NCBI GenBank assembly: GCA_944383915.1 | Contig: CALWRJ010000010.1 | Coordinates: forward strand, 3,099-67,098 | Reading direction: 5' to 3' | Source: an uncultured Clostridia bacterium | Lineage (GTDB): Bacteria; Bacillota; Clostridia; Christensenellales; UBA1242 | Length of the DNA stretch: 64,000 nt | Shown here: in pieces, positions 1 through 9,422 of the stretch | Position numbering within the stretch: position 1 is the stretch's first letter | Layout: every line of letters begins with the position of its first letter | The notes under the pieces: generated by a model | Databases searched by the model: none | The model's input: the letters and a program-made list of their open reading frames with translations, nothing else | Told to the model about the DNA's origin: nothing | Position numbers and translations under genes: made by a program

Positions 1-2199
1 GGTGATGTGGCGTGCGCGGACTGTTATATAATTGAGAGTGCTAGTTTAAAAGCCGATGAGTCGTCTTTAACTGGTGAATCAGTTTCTGTTGAAAAAGTTG
101 CAGGGGTTGCGTTACCAGAAAACACAGTATTAGGTGATAGGTCTAATATGGTGCATTCTGGGTGTGTAATCACTTATGGACACGGGCTTGGGGTTGTAGT
201 GGCAACGGGAATGAATACCGAAATCGGCAAAATCGCAGGAATGCTAGACGAACAAGAGGACGAAAAAACCCCTATTCAAAACAAACTTAATAAACTAGGC
301 AAATGGATTACAATTGGTATTCTAGGTATTGCGGTACTTGTCTTTATAATAAATGTTGTGATAAAAGATTCGCACGATGTATTGAGCGCTCTTTTAGTTG
401 CAATTGCGTTAGCGGTTGCTGCGATTCCAGAAAGTTTGCCCGCCGTCATTACGGTTATTATGGCGACAGGTGTTAGCCGAATGAGTAAACAGCGCGCCAT
501 TATTCGAAAAATGCACGCAGTAGAAACGCTGGGCTCGTGCCAAATAATTTGTTCGGACAAGACAGGTACGCTTACGCAAAACCGAATGACTCTTTCGGAG
601 ATTTACACGAACGGCAAAATTTACAAACATAGCGAAATGCAGGAAATCACGGAAAAACGCGTTTTTGAGTGTATGCTACTTTGCAATGATTGTATTGTTT
701 CGGGGGAGAGTGTAGAAGGTGACCCGACCGAAACCGTACTTGTGCGCGGAGCAATGCGCTTGGGGTACGATTATAATAAAACGGTAAATGAATTTACTCG
801 AGTTAATGAACTTCCTTTTGATAGTGTTCGTAAACTTATGACAACTTTTCATAAAGTCGGCTCTAAAATTATTGGTTATACAAAAGGCGCGCCTGATGTT
901 TTGGTTGAAAGATGTACTCACATTGTGCAAAATGGCAGGGTGCGAGTTATAAATGATAAAGATAGGGCAGAAATTAGTGAAACTCTCGACCAGATGGCGC
1001 AAAAAGGGCTCAGGACACTTGCGCTTGCTTTTAGAGAACATAAAGGGCAAGAATTTTCGAACGATGACGAGCAAGACTTGACTTTTCTAGGGATAACTGC
1101 AATGCGCGACCCACCACGCGAAACGAGTGCTGAAGCCGTGCGTACTTGTATCGAGGCTGGCATTAAGCCTATTATGATTACAGGTGATTATCCTATTACA
1201 GCGCGAGAAATTGCGCGCGAAGTTGGTATTTACAAAGATGGCGACCGAATTTTAACAGGGGCGGAACTCGATAGTTTAAGTGATAAGGAATATAAAGAAA
1301 TTATTAAGTCCGTCTCCGTTTATGCGCGTGTTAGCCCTGAAAATAAAGTGCGAATTGTGAATGCGTGGAAGGCTACGGGGGCGGTCGTTGCAATGACAGG
1401 TGATGGCGTAAACGATGCTCCAAGCATCAAGGCTGCCGATATTGGAATTGGTATGGGTAAATCTGGTACTGAAGTAACAAAAGAAGTTGCTGATATGGTG
1501 CTTACCGATGACAATTTCGCAACAATCGTAGGTGCTGTTAGCGAAGGGCGTAAAATTTACACAAATATTAAAAAAGTTATTCAATTTTTATTTGGTACAA
1601 ACTTTGTAGAAGTGCTTTCAATCTTACTTGTTACGCTAATTAGTCCAACACTTGGCTTTTTAAGTGCAATGCAAATACTTTTTGTTAACCTACTTACCGA
1701 TGCACTTCCTGCAATTTCGCTTTCTGTTGAGCGCGCGGAAAGTGATATTATGAAAAAACCACCGCGACCAAAAAATGAGGGGCTATTTGCAGGAATTTGG
1801 GGAGCAATGATAACACAGGTTGTTTGGCATACATTAGCAATTTTATTAACATTCTATATAACATACGATATTACGGGCGACAATACACTTGCCACAACTA
1901 TGAGTTTTGCTGTTTTATCGCTATCTCAAATTTTCCACCTTATGAATGTACGTAACACACACAGTATTTTTACTACAAACCCATTCCACAACAAATTCTA
2001 TTGGCTTACAATTGTAGTTTGTATAGCGCTAAATATTGCTGTAATCGCAATTCCAGCCGTTGCTGGTGTGTTCGGCTTCGTTCCTTTAAGTATTGCTCAA
2101 TGGGGAATTGTCTTTGGTATCGCGCTTACAATAATTCCTATTATGGAGATTTATAAATTAATTCGCTATTTAATTTCGCGTAAGAAAAAGGAAAAATAA
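1..2199 (+). CDS. P-type cation-transporting ATPase, Ca2+ type (IIA-like); 5' end lies outside the window
   Basis: The reading frame is open from base 1 (track ORF 7..2199). Motifs seen: SLTGES, phosphorylation site CSDKTGTLT, PESLPAV, MITGDYPITA, TGDGVNDAPS, followed by C-terminal TM helices. Confidence 0.9.
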   Translation, partial: GDVACADCYIIESASLKADESSLTGESVSVEKVAGVALPENTVLGDRSNMVHSGCVITYGHGLGVVVATGMNTEIGKIAGMLDEQEDEKTPIQNKLNKLGKWITIGILGIAVLVFIINVVIKDSHDVLSALLVAIALAVAAIPESLPAVITVIMATGVSRMSKQRAIIRKMHAVETLGSCQIICSDKTGTLTQNRMTLSEIYTNGKIYKHSEMQEITEKRVFECMLLCNDCIVSGESVEGDPTETVLVRGAMRLGYDYNKTVNEFTRVNELPFDSVRKLMTTFHKVGSKIIGYTKGAPDVLVERCTHIVQNGRVRVINDKDRAEISETLDQMAQKGLRTLALAFREHKGQEFSNDDEQDLTFLGITAMRDPPRETSAEAVRTCIEAGIKPIMITGDYPITAREIAREVGIYKDGDRILTGAELDSLSDKEYKEIIKSVSVYARVSPENKVRIVNAWKATGAVVAMTGDGVNDAPSIKAADIGIGMGKSGTEVTKEVADMVLTDDNFATIVGAVSEGRKIYTNIKKVIQFLFGTNFVEVLSILLVTLISPTLGFLSAMQILFVNLLTDALPAISLSVERAESDIMKKPPRPKNEGLFAGIWGAMITQVVWHTLAILLTFYITYDITGDNTLATTMSFAVLSLSQIFHLMNVRNTHSIFTTNPFHNKFYWLTIVVCIALNIAVIAIPAVAGVFGFVPLSIAQWGIVFGIALTIIPIMEIYKLIRYLISRKKKEK

Positions 2200-2206
2200 T
2201 TTTAAG

Positions 2207-2230
2207 CATCGCGAAAGCGGTGTTTTTTTT
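2207..2230 (+). terminator. Rho-independent terminator after the ATPase gene
   Basis: CATCGC-GAAA-GCGGTG hairpin followed by an 8-T run. Confidence 0.7.
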
Positions 2231-2318
2231 GAATTATTTATAATTTTTGATATTTTTACACAATTTTTTCACATTTTCAAAATATAATGTGCATGCAAAA
2301 TTTTTAGGAGAAAAACAA

Positions 2319-3713
2319 ATGGAAAAAAGTATTTCAAGGTCGAAGTATATCTTAATTGCTTTGGTAATATTAGTGCCGATGATTATACTTCTTTTTGCAG
2401 GGTGCGAACAAACAGGCAAAATGATTGAAAGTATTGAAAAAACAAATACAGTTGGCAATATTGATACCTACACGATTACTTATACTGACGGCACAACTTA
2501 TGAATTTACGATAGAAAATGGTACTGATGGCGCAGATGCAACTGCAAATATTCAAGATATTTATTCTGTAGCGGTTGAAAACGGATATTCAGGGACTATT
2601 CTTGAATTTATTTCTAGTTATTTACAAGTAGAAACAGACGATACAGCAGCAACTTCGCTAGCATTGCTTCCAAGTGTAACAGTAAAAGCGCCCTATACTC
2701 GTACTATTACGCAACCTGTACTTGTAGATGGTATGCTACAAATAATTACCTATGACCAAGAAGTAACTAGTGCGGGCTCTGGTGTAATATATAAACTCGA
2801 CAAATCTACGGGCGATGCATACATAATCACAAATTACCATGTTGTTTATGCTAATGATAACCAAAATGATAATAAAATTAGTGATTCAATAACTGTAACT
2901 CTATATGGCTCGAGCGAGGATATACCAGCCGAATATGTTGGCGGTTCGATGACTTATGATATAGCGGTTTTGCGTGTGGAAAATAGTGAACTTTTACAAG
3001 AATCTAGTGCACAGGCTATAAGTTTTGTTGATTCTGATATTATTAATGTTGGAGAAACAGCAATAGCAGTCGGCAATCCACAAGGACTAGGAATTAGCGC
3101 TACATCAGGTATTGTGAGCGTTGATAGCGAATATATTTCAATGACCGCAGTCGATGAAGTATCACAAGTAACCTTCCGTGTGATTCGTGTGGATACTGCA
3201 ATAAATAGTGGTAATTCTGGCGGTGGGCTATTCAATAAAAATGGCGAATTAATAGGAATAGTTAACGCGCGTATGTCAAATACGAGCATTGAAAACATTG
3301 CATATGCAATTCCAGCAAACATTGCCATTTCTGTTGCTGATAATATAATTGATAACGCAAATGACGATTTAGACGGCGTGCAGAAATTTGTAATAGGTGT
3401 TAGTGTCGTAGGTGAAAATTCTAGGGCTGTTTATGATACTGAAACTGCAACAACACAAATTGTAGAGGATGCCGTGATTAACGAAATAACGAGTGGCTCG
3501 CTTGCGGAAAGTGCTGGTTTAAGTGTTGGCGATGTAATTAATTCAATAGCTATTAATTATACGACTTACGATATAACTCGTCATTTTCAAGTAACCGATA
3601 GAATGCTTACCGTCCGCGCTGGCGAAAGTGTAGTAATTAACTATACTCGTGACGGAACAGAAGGGAGCGTAACATTCACCGCTGATGCTTTAAACTTTAC
3701 TACAATTGCATAA
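2319..3713 (+). CDS. htrA: HtrA/DegP-family trypsin-like serine protease with a C-terminal PDZ domain; probable lipoprotein
   Basis: RBS AGGAG at 2306-2310 precedes ATG 2319. N-terminal signal peptide with lipobox LFAGC. Catalytic contexts NYHVV and GNSGGGLF. PDZ-like GSLAESAGLSVGDVI. Confidence 0.8.
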   Translation: MEKSISRSKYILIALVILVPMIILLFAGCEQTGKMIESIEKTNTVGNIDTYTITYTDGTTYEFTIENGTDGADATANIQDIYSVAVENGYSGTILEFISSYLQVETDDTAATSLALLPSVTVKAPYTRTITQPVLVDGMLQIITYDQEVTSAGSGVIYKLDKSTGDAYIITNYHVVYANDNQNDNKISDSITVTLYGSSEDIPAEYVGGSMTYDIAVLRVENSELLQESSAQAISFVDSDIINVGETAIAVGNPQGLGISATSGIVSVDSEYISMTAVDEVSQVTFRVIRVDTAINSGNSGGGLFNKNGELIGIVNARMSNTSIENIAYAIPANIAISVADNIIDNANDDLDGVQKFVIGVSVVGENSRAVYDTETATTQIVEDAVINEITSGSLAESAGLSVGDVINSIAINYTTYDITRHFQVTDRMLTVRAGESVVINYTRDGTEGSVTFTADALNFTTIA

Positions 3714-3747
3714 TTTTAATCAATTTTTGTAAATCTATTTATGATTA

Positions 3748-3776
3748 TTGACAAAAACATAACATTATGTTATATT
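3748..3776 (+). promoter_or_regulatory. Sigma-A-type promoter for the small ORF plus PHP gene, with a palindrome in the spacer
   Basis: TTGACA (3748-3753), 17 nt spacer, TATATT (3771-3776). The spacer contains the palindrome ACATAA-CA-TTATGT (3757-3770). Confidence 0.5.
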
Positions 3777-3811
3777 AAATTAATCATTTATTAAAGGGAG
3801 TAAATAAAATA

Positions 3812-3991
3812 ATGAAAATTAATGCAAAACAACTGCAATTAATTTTAACATTATCTGAAGTTACAGAACCAAATTATATAAATTATTTTGTTTTTAATGA
3901 TGATAATGAATTGATTGGTATTAAGGAGAATTCACCAGTATTAATACAGAATATTTTCAATAATTATAAAAAGAATATAGAAGGGAAATAA
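3812..3991 (+). CDS. Small hypothetical protein (59 aa), below the ORF-track size cutoff
   Basis: RBS AAGGGAG at 3794-3800 precedes ATG 3812. Translation MKINAKQLQLILTLSEV...NIEGK. The stop lies 1 nt before the PHP gene start, suggesting translational coupling. Confidence 0.4.
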   Translation: MKINAKQLQLILTLSEVTEPNYINYFVFNDDNELIGIKENSPVLIQNIFNNYKKNIEGK

Positions 3992-3992
3992 A

Positions 3993-5093
3993 ATGGTAAA
4001 AACAAAAGTGGATTTACATGTGCATGTAGATAATCGGGCTAATAAAGATTATTTAATTTCAAAATTGAAAGAGGCTGAGGCAAACGGTGTTAAAGCTATT
4101 TCGTTTTTAGAGCATAATTTAATGAAAGCTTATGAAAAAGATGGACCTTTGGCTCAAATTATTCAAGAATATGGAATAGATAAATTTTATAGTGGCAAAT
4201 TGATTGCAGGTTGCGAATTTGACTGCTTGCTTGAAAATGTTCCTGTGGGAGAAAGCGGGTATAATTACAGTAACAATATTGTTCATATATTAGGTTTAGG
4301 TTTCGATCCTGTTAAAATTTTAGATACCGATCTATACAATACTGACAAAGTATATGAAAGATGGTTTGAAGATATTAAAACACTTTGTGAAATAGGCAAG
4401 TCATTAGGTTTACCTATGCCAGAATATGAAAATTTTGATTATCATGGTAAGCATTATGTTAAGCAATTTTACTATTATTTAATGGATAAACCTGGTTTGA
4501 AAGAAAAATTTATTGAAACTATGAATATTCCAGAAGAATTTATGGATAATGAATCTATATTTTTTAGGAAACTTTTTAACGATTCACAAGGCAAAATGCA
4601 TTATAAATGTCAATCTATACCAACATTAGAAGAAGTTGTTAAAGTTGTTCATGATTGTGGAGGTAAAATTTTTATTGCTCACCCAAATCATATGAACAGA
4701 GCTTTTCCTTCTGGTTTGGAATATGTTGAAATGCTTAGAGCAATTCCAGATTATGTAAAAGGGGTAAAGAATATAGATGGCATAGAAGCGGGTTATTTAT
4801 ACAATAATTATGATGATACACTAAAGTTTGAAAATTACGCAAAGGAAAAAGGGTTGCTTTTTAGTGCTGGTAGTGATAATAATCCAAATAAAGATGGGAA
4901 TATGTTTAGGTTTGTAAATGAAGAAAAAATACTTTTTCAAGCTCATCTTGGCGAAAGTATTGAAACTTATTATCAAACAGGCAACGGAGATTTAACTGTT
5001 GATAATGAATTGGTCCAGAATTTGGCTGATGCCGAACAGGATTTAATAAATGGTTATAATTTAAAGCAAAGACAAACAGATTTAAAACGTTAA
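3993..5093 (+). CDS. PHP-domain (polymerase/histidinol-phosphatase-like) metal-dependent phosphoesterase
   Basis: N-terminal VDLHVHV (HxH), LEHN, IAHPNH and AGSDNN, in the order typical of PHP folds. The final GSDxH His appears to be replaced. Confidence 0.55.
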   Translation: MVKTKVDLHVHVDNRANKDYLISKLKEAEANGVKAISFLEHNLMKAYEKDGPLAQIIQEYGIDKFYSGKLIAGCEFDCLLENVPVGESGYNYSNNIVHILGLGFDPVKILDTDLYNTDKVYERWFEDIKTLCEIGKSLGLPMPEYENFDYHGKHYVKQFYYYLMDKPGLKEKFIETMNIPEEFMDNESIFFRKLFNDSQGKMHYKCQSIPTLEEVVKVVHDCGGKIFIAHPNHMNRAFPSGLEYVEMLRAIPDYVKGVKNIDGIEAGYLYNNYDDTLKFENYAKEKGLLFSAGSDNNPNKDGNMFRFVNEEKILFQAHLGESIETYYQTGNGDLTVDNELVQNLADAEQDLINGYNLKQRQTDLKR

Positions 5094-5407
5094 TTATATA
5101 TGTTAATTGTGAAAACAGTATATAGAATATTTGCTGTAAACATAAAAAAAATATGTTTTGCAAAAGTTAATGTACTGTTTTTTTATTTTTGATTAGTGTA
5201 TTACATTAAAAATAAATTATTAGTTATAGAAAAATAAGTTAGTTCAGGTGCATTTAATATGTCTATACAAGAATTTTTAGATGACGATTTATTTAAAAGA
5301 GAAAATTTAGATATAGATTAGAAAGACTATTTTTATATATTATGATTAACCTTAAAGACATTTTTTATATATAATTTTTAAATTTAATATATTTTCACTA
5401 TCTTTGC

Positions 5408-5436
5408 TTGTCTAAAAGTCAATTTTAGGGTATACT
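5408..5436 (+). promoter_or_regulatory. Candidate polA promoter
   Basis: TTGTCT, 17 nt spacer, TATACT, located 28 nt upstream of the polA ATG. Confidence 0.4.
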
Positions 5437-5463
5437 TTTTAAAAAAGTTTTTTGGAGTTACTT

Positions 5464-7989
5464 ATGGCAAAATTTATGATTATAGATGGAAATAGTCTTA
5501 TAAATCGTGCGTTTTATGCATTACCGCCACTTACTGCAAGTGATGGCAATATTTATAATGCGGTGTATGGTTTTGTAAATATTTTGGCGCGTATGATAAC
5601 TGATTATCAGCCACAATATTTATGTGTGGCTTTTGATGCAGGGCGACACACTTTTAGAAATGATTTGTATGCTGATTACAAAGGTACACGAAAAGGTATG
5701 CCAGACGAACTTGCAAGCCAGTTGCCAGTATTAAAAGAAATGCTAAATAAAATGGATATTTGTATTCTTGAAAAAAGTGGCATTGAGGCAGACGATATAA
5801 TTGGCACACTTACACGCAAGTTTGACGATGTAAAAAGCATTATAATAACAGGCGACCGCGACTGTTTGCAACTTATTAATGAAAAAACAGAAGTTTGGCT
5901 TACTAAACACGGAATTAGCGAAATTGTAGATATGAACGAACGCCATTTGTTAGATGAATGGGGGCTAAAGCCATCACAAATTATTGATTTAAAGGCTCTT
6001 ATGGGCGATGCGAGTGATAATATTCCAGGTGTTGCTGGAATTGGTGAAAAGGGTGCAAAAGCATTGCTAAATGAGTGGGGTACAGTGCAAAATATATATG
6101 CTAACCTTGATAAAATTGGGGGGAAAGTGCACGAAAAGTTGGTTAATGGCCGTGAAATGTGTATGTTAAGTTACGACCTAGCCACAATTCGAACTAATGT
6201 TGATATTGATGTTACTTTAGAACAGTGCAAGTACACTTTTCCTTGGGATAACTCCGTTTATGAAATGTTTACAAAGTGTGAATTTCGAAGCCTTTTAAAA
6301 CGAAAAGATTTATTTTCAGGAAACAATGCAATGGTTGATTCTACGGAATTTAGTACAATTGATATTTCATTTAATGATTTAAAGGGAGTTATTGAAAAGC
6401 ATAAAGACGCGAAAACTGTTGCCATTGCTTTTACAAAAGATGAATTTCATTTTGCCTTTGACGATTCGCCAAATTATATGATAAATTTATTTGGGATTAG
6501 CGCGGAACTCGTTTTTTCTGGGTTTAAAGATATACTAGGGGACAATACAAAAGTATTGTATACTTATAACCTAAAATTACTTTATCATATGAGTGATAGA
6601 CTAGAAATTCCTTTTAAAATAAACGGGATAGATGTGCCACTTGCGATGTATTTAATTAACTCCAATATTCGTGAGGATATTCCTACTGTTTTATTAAATT
6701 ACTTAGGATTGCCGGATAAACTGCTTGCAACAGGTTTAATGGAAGCGTGGAAAAAAATCAATCGCGATTTAGAAAAAAAAGATTTATTTAAATTATATAC
6801 TGAAATCGAACTACCGCTAGTAAAGGTTTTATTTGAAATGGAGCGCGAAGGTATTACAATTAATACCGAAGTGCTAGACGAACTAGCGCCTAAATATAAG
6901 GCTGAGATTGAAAAAATTAAAGATAGAATTGTTTTTCTCGCTGACGAGGACTTTAACATAAACAGTCCTAAACAATTAGGCACTATTTTATTTGAAAAAC
7001 TTCATTTACCTGACCGCAATAACAAAAAACATTCGACTGCTGTCGATGTTTTGGAATCGTTAAGTGGGGAACATCCAATAATCGATGAAATTTTGCGTTA
7101 TCGCACAATAACAAAACTTTATTCTACTTATATAGAAGGTATGCGTCAATATATTCGTGCGGACGGAAAAATTCATACAATTTTCAATCAAACAACAGCA
7201 GTAACAGGCAGGCTTTCGAGTAACGAGCCAAATCTACAAAATATTCCTGTACGCACGGAAGAGGGGCGCGAACTTCGAAAGATGTTTGTGGCGTCAAAAG
7301 GGTGTCAGCTACTTTCTGCCGATTATAGCCAAATTGAATTAAGGCTGCTAGCACACTATTCAGGCGACCCTGTTTTGTGTAAGGCATATCAGGAAGGACT
7401 TGATATCCACACTGCAACCGCCGCACAAATTTTTGGCGTAAATATAAACGATGTTACACCTGAAATGAGACGGAGCGCAAAGGCGGTAAACTTTGGTATA
7501 ATTTATGGTATTTCGCCTTATGGTTTAGCACAAAATTTAGGTGTGAATCAGTCTGTTGCGCGAGAGTATATAGATAAGTACTTTAAGACTTATCCTACAA
7601 TTAAGCAATTTTTGGATAGTAGTGTCGAAATGTACAAGCAAAAAGGTTATGTTTCAACTCTTTTTGGGCGTATTAGGACTTTTGATAATGTTGTACCAAA
7701 TTCTCGTGATGCTCGATTCTCTGAACGCGCTGCTATGAATATGCCACTTCAAGGTACTGCAAGTGATATTATTAAAATTGCAATGTTAAATGTGCGAAAT
7801 GAGTTGATAAAACGCAATTTAAAGACTAAATTAATACTTCAAATCCATGACGAATTAATTTTAGATGTTCCTAATAATGAAATAGACGAAGTAAGGGAAT
7901 TAGTTCGCGAAAAAATGGAAAATGTGGCAAAACTTCGTATACCTTTAATTGTGGAAATTGATGTTGGGCCTAGTTGGTACGATATTTAA
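5464..7989 (+). CDS. polA: DNA polymerase I
   Basis: RBS GGAG at 5454-5457 precedes ATG 5464. N-terminal 5' nuclease region (IIDGNSLINRAFYA, GDRDCLQL, HhH GVAGIGEKGA). Family A polymerase motifs DYSQIELR, RRSAKAVNFGIIYG and QIHDELI. Confidence 0.95.
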   Translation: MAKFMIIDGNSLINRAFYALPPLTASDGNIYNAVYGFVNILARMITDYQPQYLCVAFDAGRHTFRNDLYADYKGTRKGMPDELASQLPVLKEMLNKMDICILEKSGIEADDIIGTLTRKFDDVKSIIITGDRDCLQLINEKTEVWLTKHGISEIVDMNERHLLDEWGLKPSQIIDLKALMGDASDNIPGVAGIGEKGAKALLNEWGTVQNIYANLDKIGGKVHEKLVNGREMCMLSYDLATIRTNVDIDVTLEQCKYTFPWDNSVYEMFTKCEFRSLLKRKDLFSGNNAMVDSTEFSTIDISFNDLKGVIEKHKDAKTVAIAFTKDEFHFAFDDSPNYMINLFGISAELVFSGFKDILGDNTKVLYTYNLKLLYHMSDRLEIPFKINGIDVPLAMYLINSNIREDIPTVLLNYLGLPDKLLATGLMEAWKKINRDLEKKDLFKLYTEIELPLVKVLFEMEREGITINTEVLDELAPKYKAEIEKIKDRIVFLADEDFNINSPKQLGTILFEKLHLPDRNNKKHSTAVDVLESLSGEHPIIDEILRYRTITKLYSTYIEGMRQYIRADGKIHTIFNQTTAVTGRLSSNEPNLQNIPVRTEEGRELRKMFVASKGCQLLSADYSQIELRLLAHYSGDPVLCKAYQEGLDIHTATAAQIFGVNINDVTPEMRRSAKAVNFGIIYGISPYGLAQNLGVNQSVAREYIDKYFKTYPTIKQFLDSSVEMYKQKGYVSTLFGRIRTFDNVVPNSRDARFSERAAMNMPLQGTASDIIKIAMLNVRNELIKRNLKTKLILQIHDELILDVPNNEIDEVRELVREKMENVAKLRIPLIVEIDVGPSWYDI

Positions 7990-8016
7990 AAAACCGCCTT
8001 ATTTAAGCGGTTTTTT
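7988..8016. terminator. Bidirectional terminator between polA and a convergent membrane-protein gene
   Basis: AAAACCGC-loop-GCGGTTTT hairpin flanked by an A-run and a T-run. Confidence 0.7.
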
Positions 8017-8017
8017 G

Positions 8018-8842
8018 CTATTCATTAGCAATATTATCTATATCAGTTATTATTTGCTCTTTTTTACCATTTTTTGTTGGTTTTTTCTCAATTTTTTGAA
8101 CTGTATTTTGTTCGCTGTTTTCGGTATTTTCAGTATTTTCGTTATTTTTATTTAAATTTTCATCATTGCTTTGTGTTGTTTTAGATTTTTTCCGTTTTTG
8201 ACGCGCTTCTTTAAGTTCGACAAAGTCTTTTTTTGATGGAATAAAATCTTCTATATCATCAAAATTACTTAAAAATTCCGTTACTGTATTTCCTTTTTCG
8301 TTTTCAATAGGTTTCTCGCCTTGTTTTTCTAATCTAATACCAAACAAACCAAATAAGCCTACAAGAATAAGATAACAACCAAGAATAATTAAGTGCGATG
8401 AAATACCTTCACTAAATTCAATTAAAAGCATAATACCAAGAGAGAATTCAATAACACCTTCAATTAAATATATAACCCATTTTTGTTTGCGAACGGCGTA
8501 ATACAATAATCGGTGCAAACATTGAATACCGGATACAATAGCAAATATACCCCAAAATAAAGCGAAAATATCAAGTCCGCGTTCTGGATAGCATAAAAAT
8601 ACTAAACCTATTGCTAAAAATATTCCAGCAAATACAATTTGGGTGCAATCACCATTGCGGTAGTCTTGATTTGCGAAATATTTAGTTAAGCGCAATAACC
8701 CTGTAACTACTAAAAGTGAACCGAAAATATACGGAATAGCAGGGGCAAGTTGTGAGTGGAAAATTATACAAATAATACCAATTATTAAGTAAATTATACC
8801 CGATACAACTTCGGGTAATTCTTTTAATCTTTCTTTTAACAT
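8018..8842 (-). CDS. Multi-pass membrane protein (HdeD/DUF308-like) with a Lys/Asn/Glu-rich C-terminal tail
   Basis: About six hydrophobic helices are followed by a low-complexity tail (NENTENTENSEQ). The tail DNA carries an imperfect 9 bp tandem GTATTTTCR at about 8114-8150. Confidence 0.4.
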   Translation of the reverse strand: MLKERLKELPEVVSGIIYLIIGIICIIFHSQLAPAIPYIFGSLLVVTGLLRLTKYFANQDYRNGDCTQIVFAGIFLAIGLVFLCYPERGLDIFALFWGIFAIVSGIQCLHRLLYYAVRKQKWVIYLIEGVIEFSLGIMLLIEFSEGISSHLIILGCYLILVGLFGLFGIRLEKQGEKPIENEKGNTVTEFLSNFDDIEDFIPSKKDFVELKEARQKRKKSKTTQSNDENLNKNNENTENTENSEQNTVQKIEKKPTKNGKKEQIITDIDNIANE

Positions 8843-8940
8843 TTTTATTCCTTTGTAACTTATTTATATAAATAATAACATATTTTATCAATAAAAGAAA
8901 TTGATAAGAGTAATTTTTTAAAAATTTTTTGCAATATAGA

Positions 8941-8969
8941 TTACATTTTGTAATCAAGTGTGATATAAT
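8941..8969 (+). promoter_or_regulatory. Promoter of tRNA-Pro
   Basis: TTACAT (8941-8946), 17 nt spacer, extended -10 TGaTATAAT (8961-8969). The tRNA starts 9 nt downstream. Confidence 0.55.
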
Positions 8970-8977
8970 AATACAAC

Positions 8978-9054
8978 CATGGTGTAGCGCAGTCTGGTAG
9001 CGCACTTGGTTCGGGACCAAGGGGTCGCGGGTTCAAATCCCGCCACCATGACCA
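8978..9054 (+). tRNA. tRNA-Pro (anticodon CGG), CCA encoded
   Basis: Hand-folded cloverleaf: acceptor CATGGTG/CACCATG, anticodon stem CTTGG/CCAAG with loop TTCGGGA, T arm GCGGG-TTCAAAT-CCCGC, 3' ACCA. Confidence 0.9.
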
Positions 9055-9078
9055 CAAGCCAAGGAGAACGAGCGAGTC

Positions 9079-9102
9079 TTACGCAAAAATTTTTTTGCGT
9101 AA
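9079..9102. terminator. A/T-capped hairpin just after tRNA-Pro
   Basis: TTACGCAAAAA / TTTTTGCGTAA inverted repeat. Confidence 0.4.
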
Positions 9103-9389
9103 ATAGACTTGCTTTTTTGTTTTCGCGTTGTGCTTGCACATAAGCGGAACAAAAAGGAAGGATATTAGCAAATGCTTGTCATTTGCGTAAGACGAAGTGA
9201 GTGGCTTGCGCAGTAGTCTACCGCAAGGGCTTCGCCCGCGGATAGACAACAAGCAAGAAACCCTATCCGGCTGGAACTCTTTCTTGCATTTTGTATTTTT
9301 TTGACTATGGAAATAGATAAGCAAGTATCACAAATTTTTTTGTAATTTCAAAAAAGTGCTTTATTTAAGCCAATAAAATTTTTCATTAT

Positions 9390-9415
9390 AAAAACCGCCT
9401 TTTAAAGCGGTTTTT
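9390..9415. terminator. Terminator downstream of the ABC exporter operon (minus strand)
   Basis: AAAAACCGCC-TTTTAAA-GCGGTTTTT hairpin immediately after the stop codon at 9423. Confidence 0.7.
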
Positions 9416-9422
9416 GTGTTGT

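Noticed and set aside
7988-8016. Three terminators share the stem AAAACCGC/GCGGTTTT (7988, 9390, 55543), which could be a repeated element
   Set aside because: The similarity is confined to the 8 bp stems and the loops differ. This is consistent with convergent terminator design rather than a dispersed repeat.
7949-8155. 68 aa plus-strand ORF after polA
   Set aside because: It runs through the polA terminator and is antisense to the membrane-protein gene. The hydrophobic low-complexity translation is an artefact.
8682-9324. Track ORFs 8682..9020, 8954..9139 and 9079..9324 on the minus strand
   Set aside because: They overlap tRNA-Pro, its promoter or the hairpin-rich trailer. None has an RBS, and composition-driven open frames are likely.
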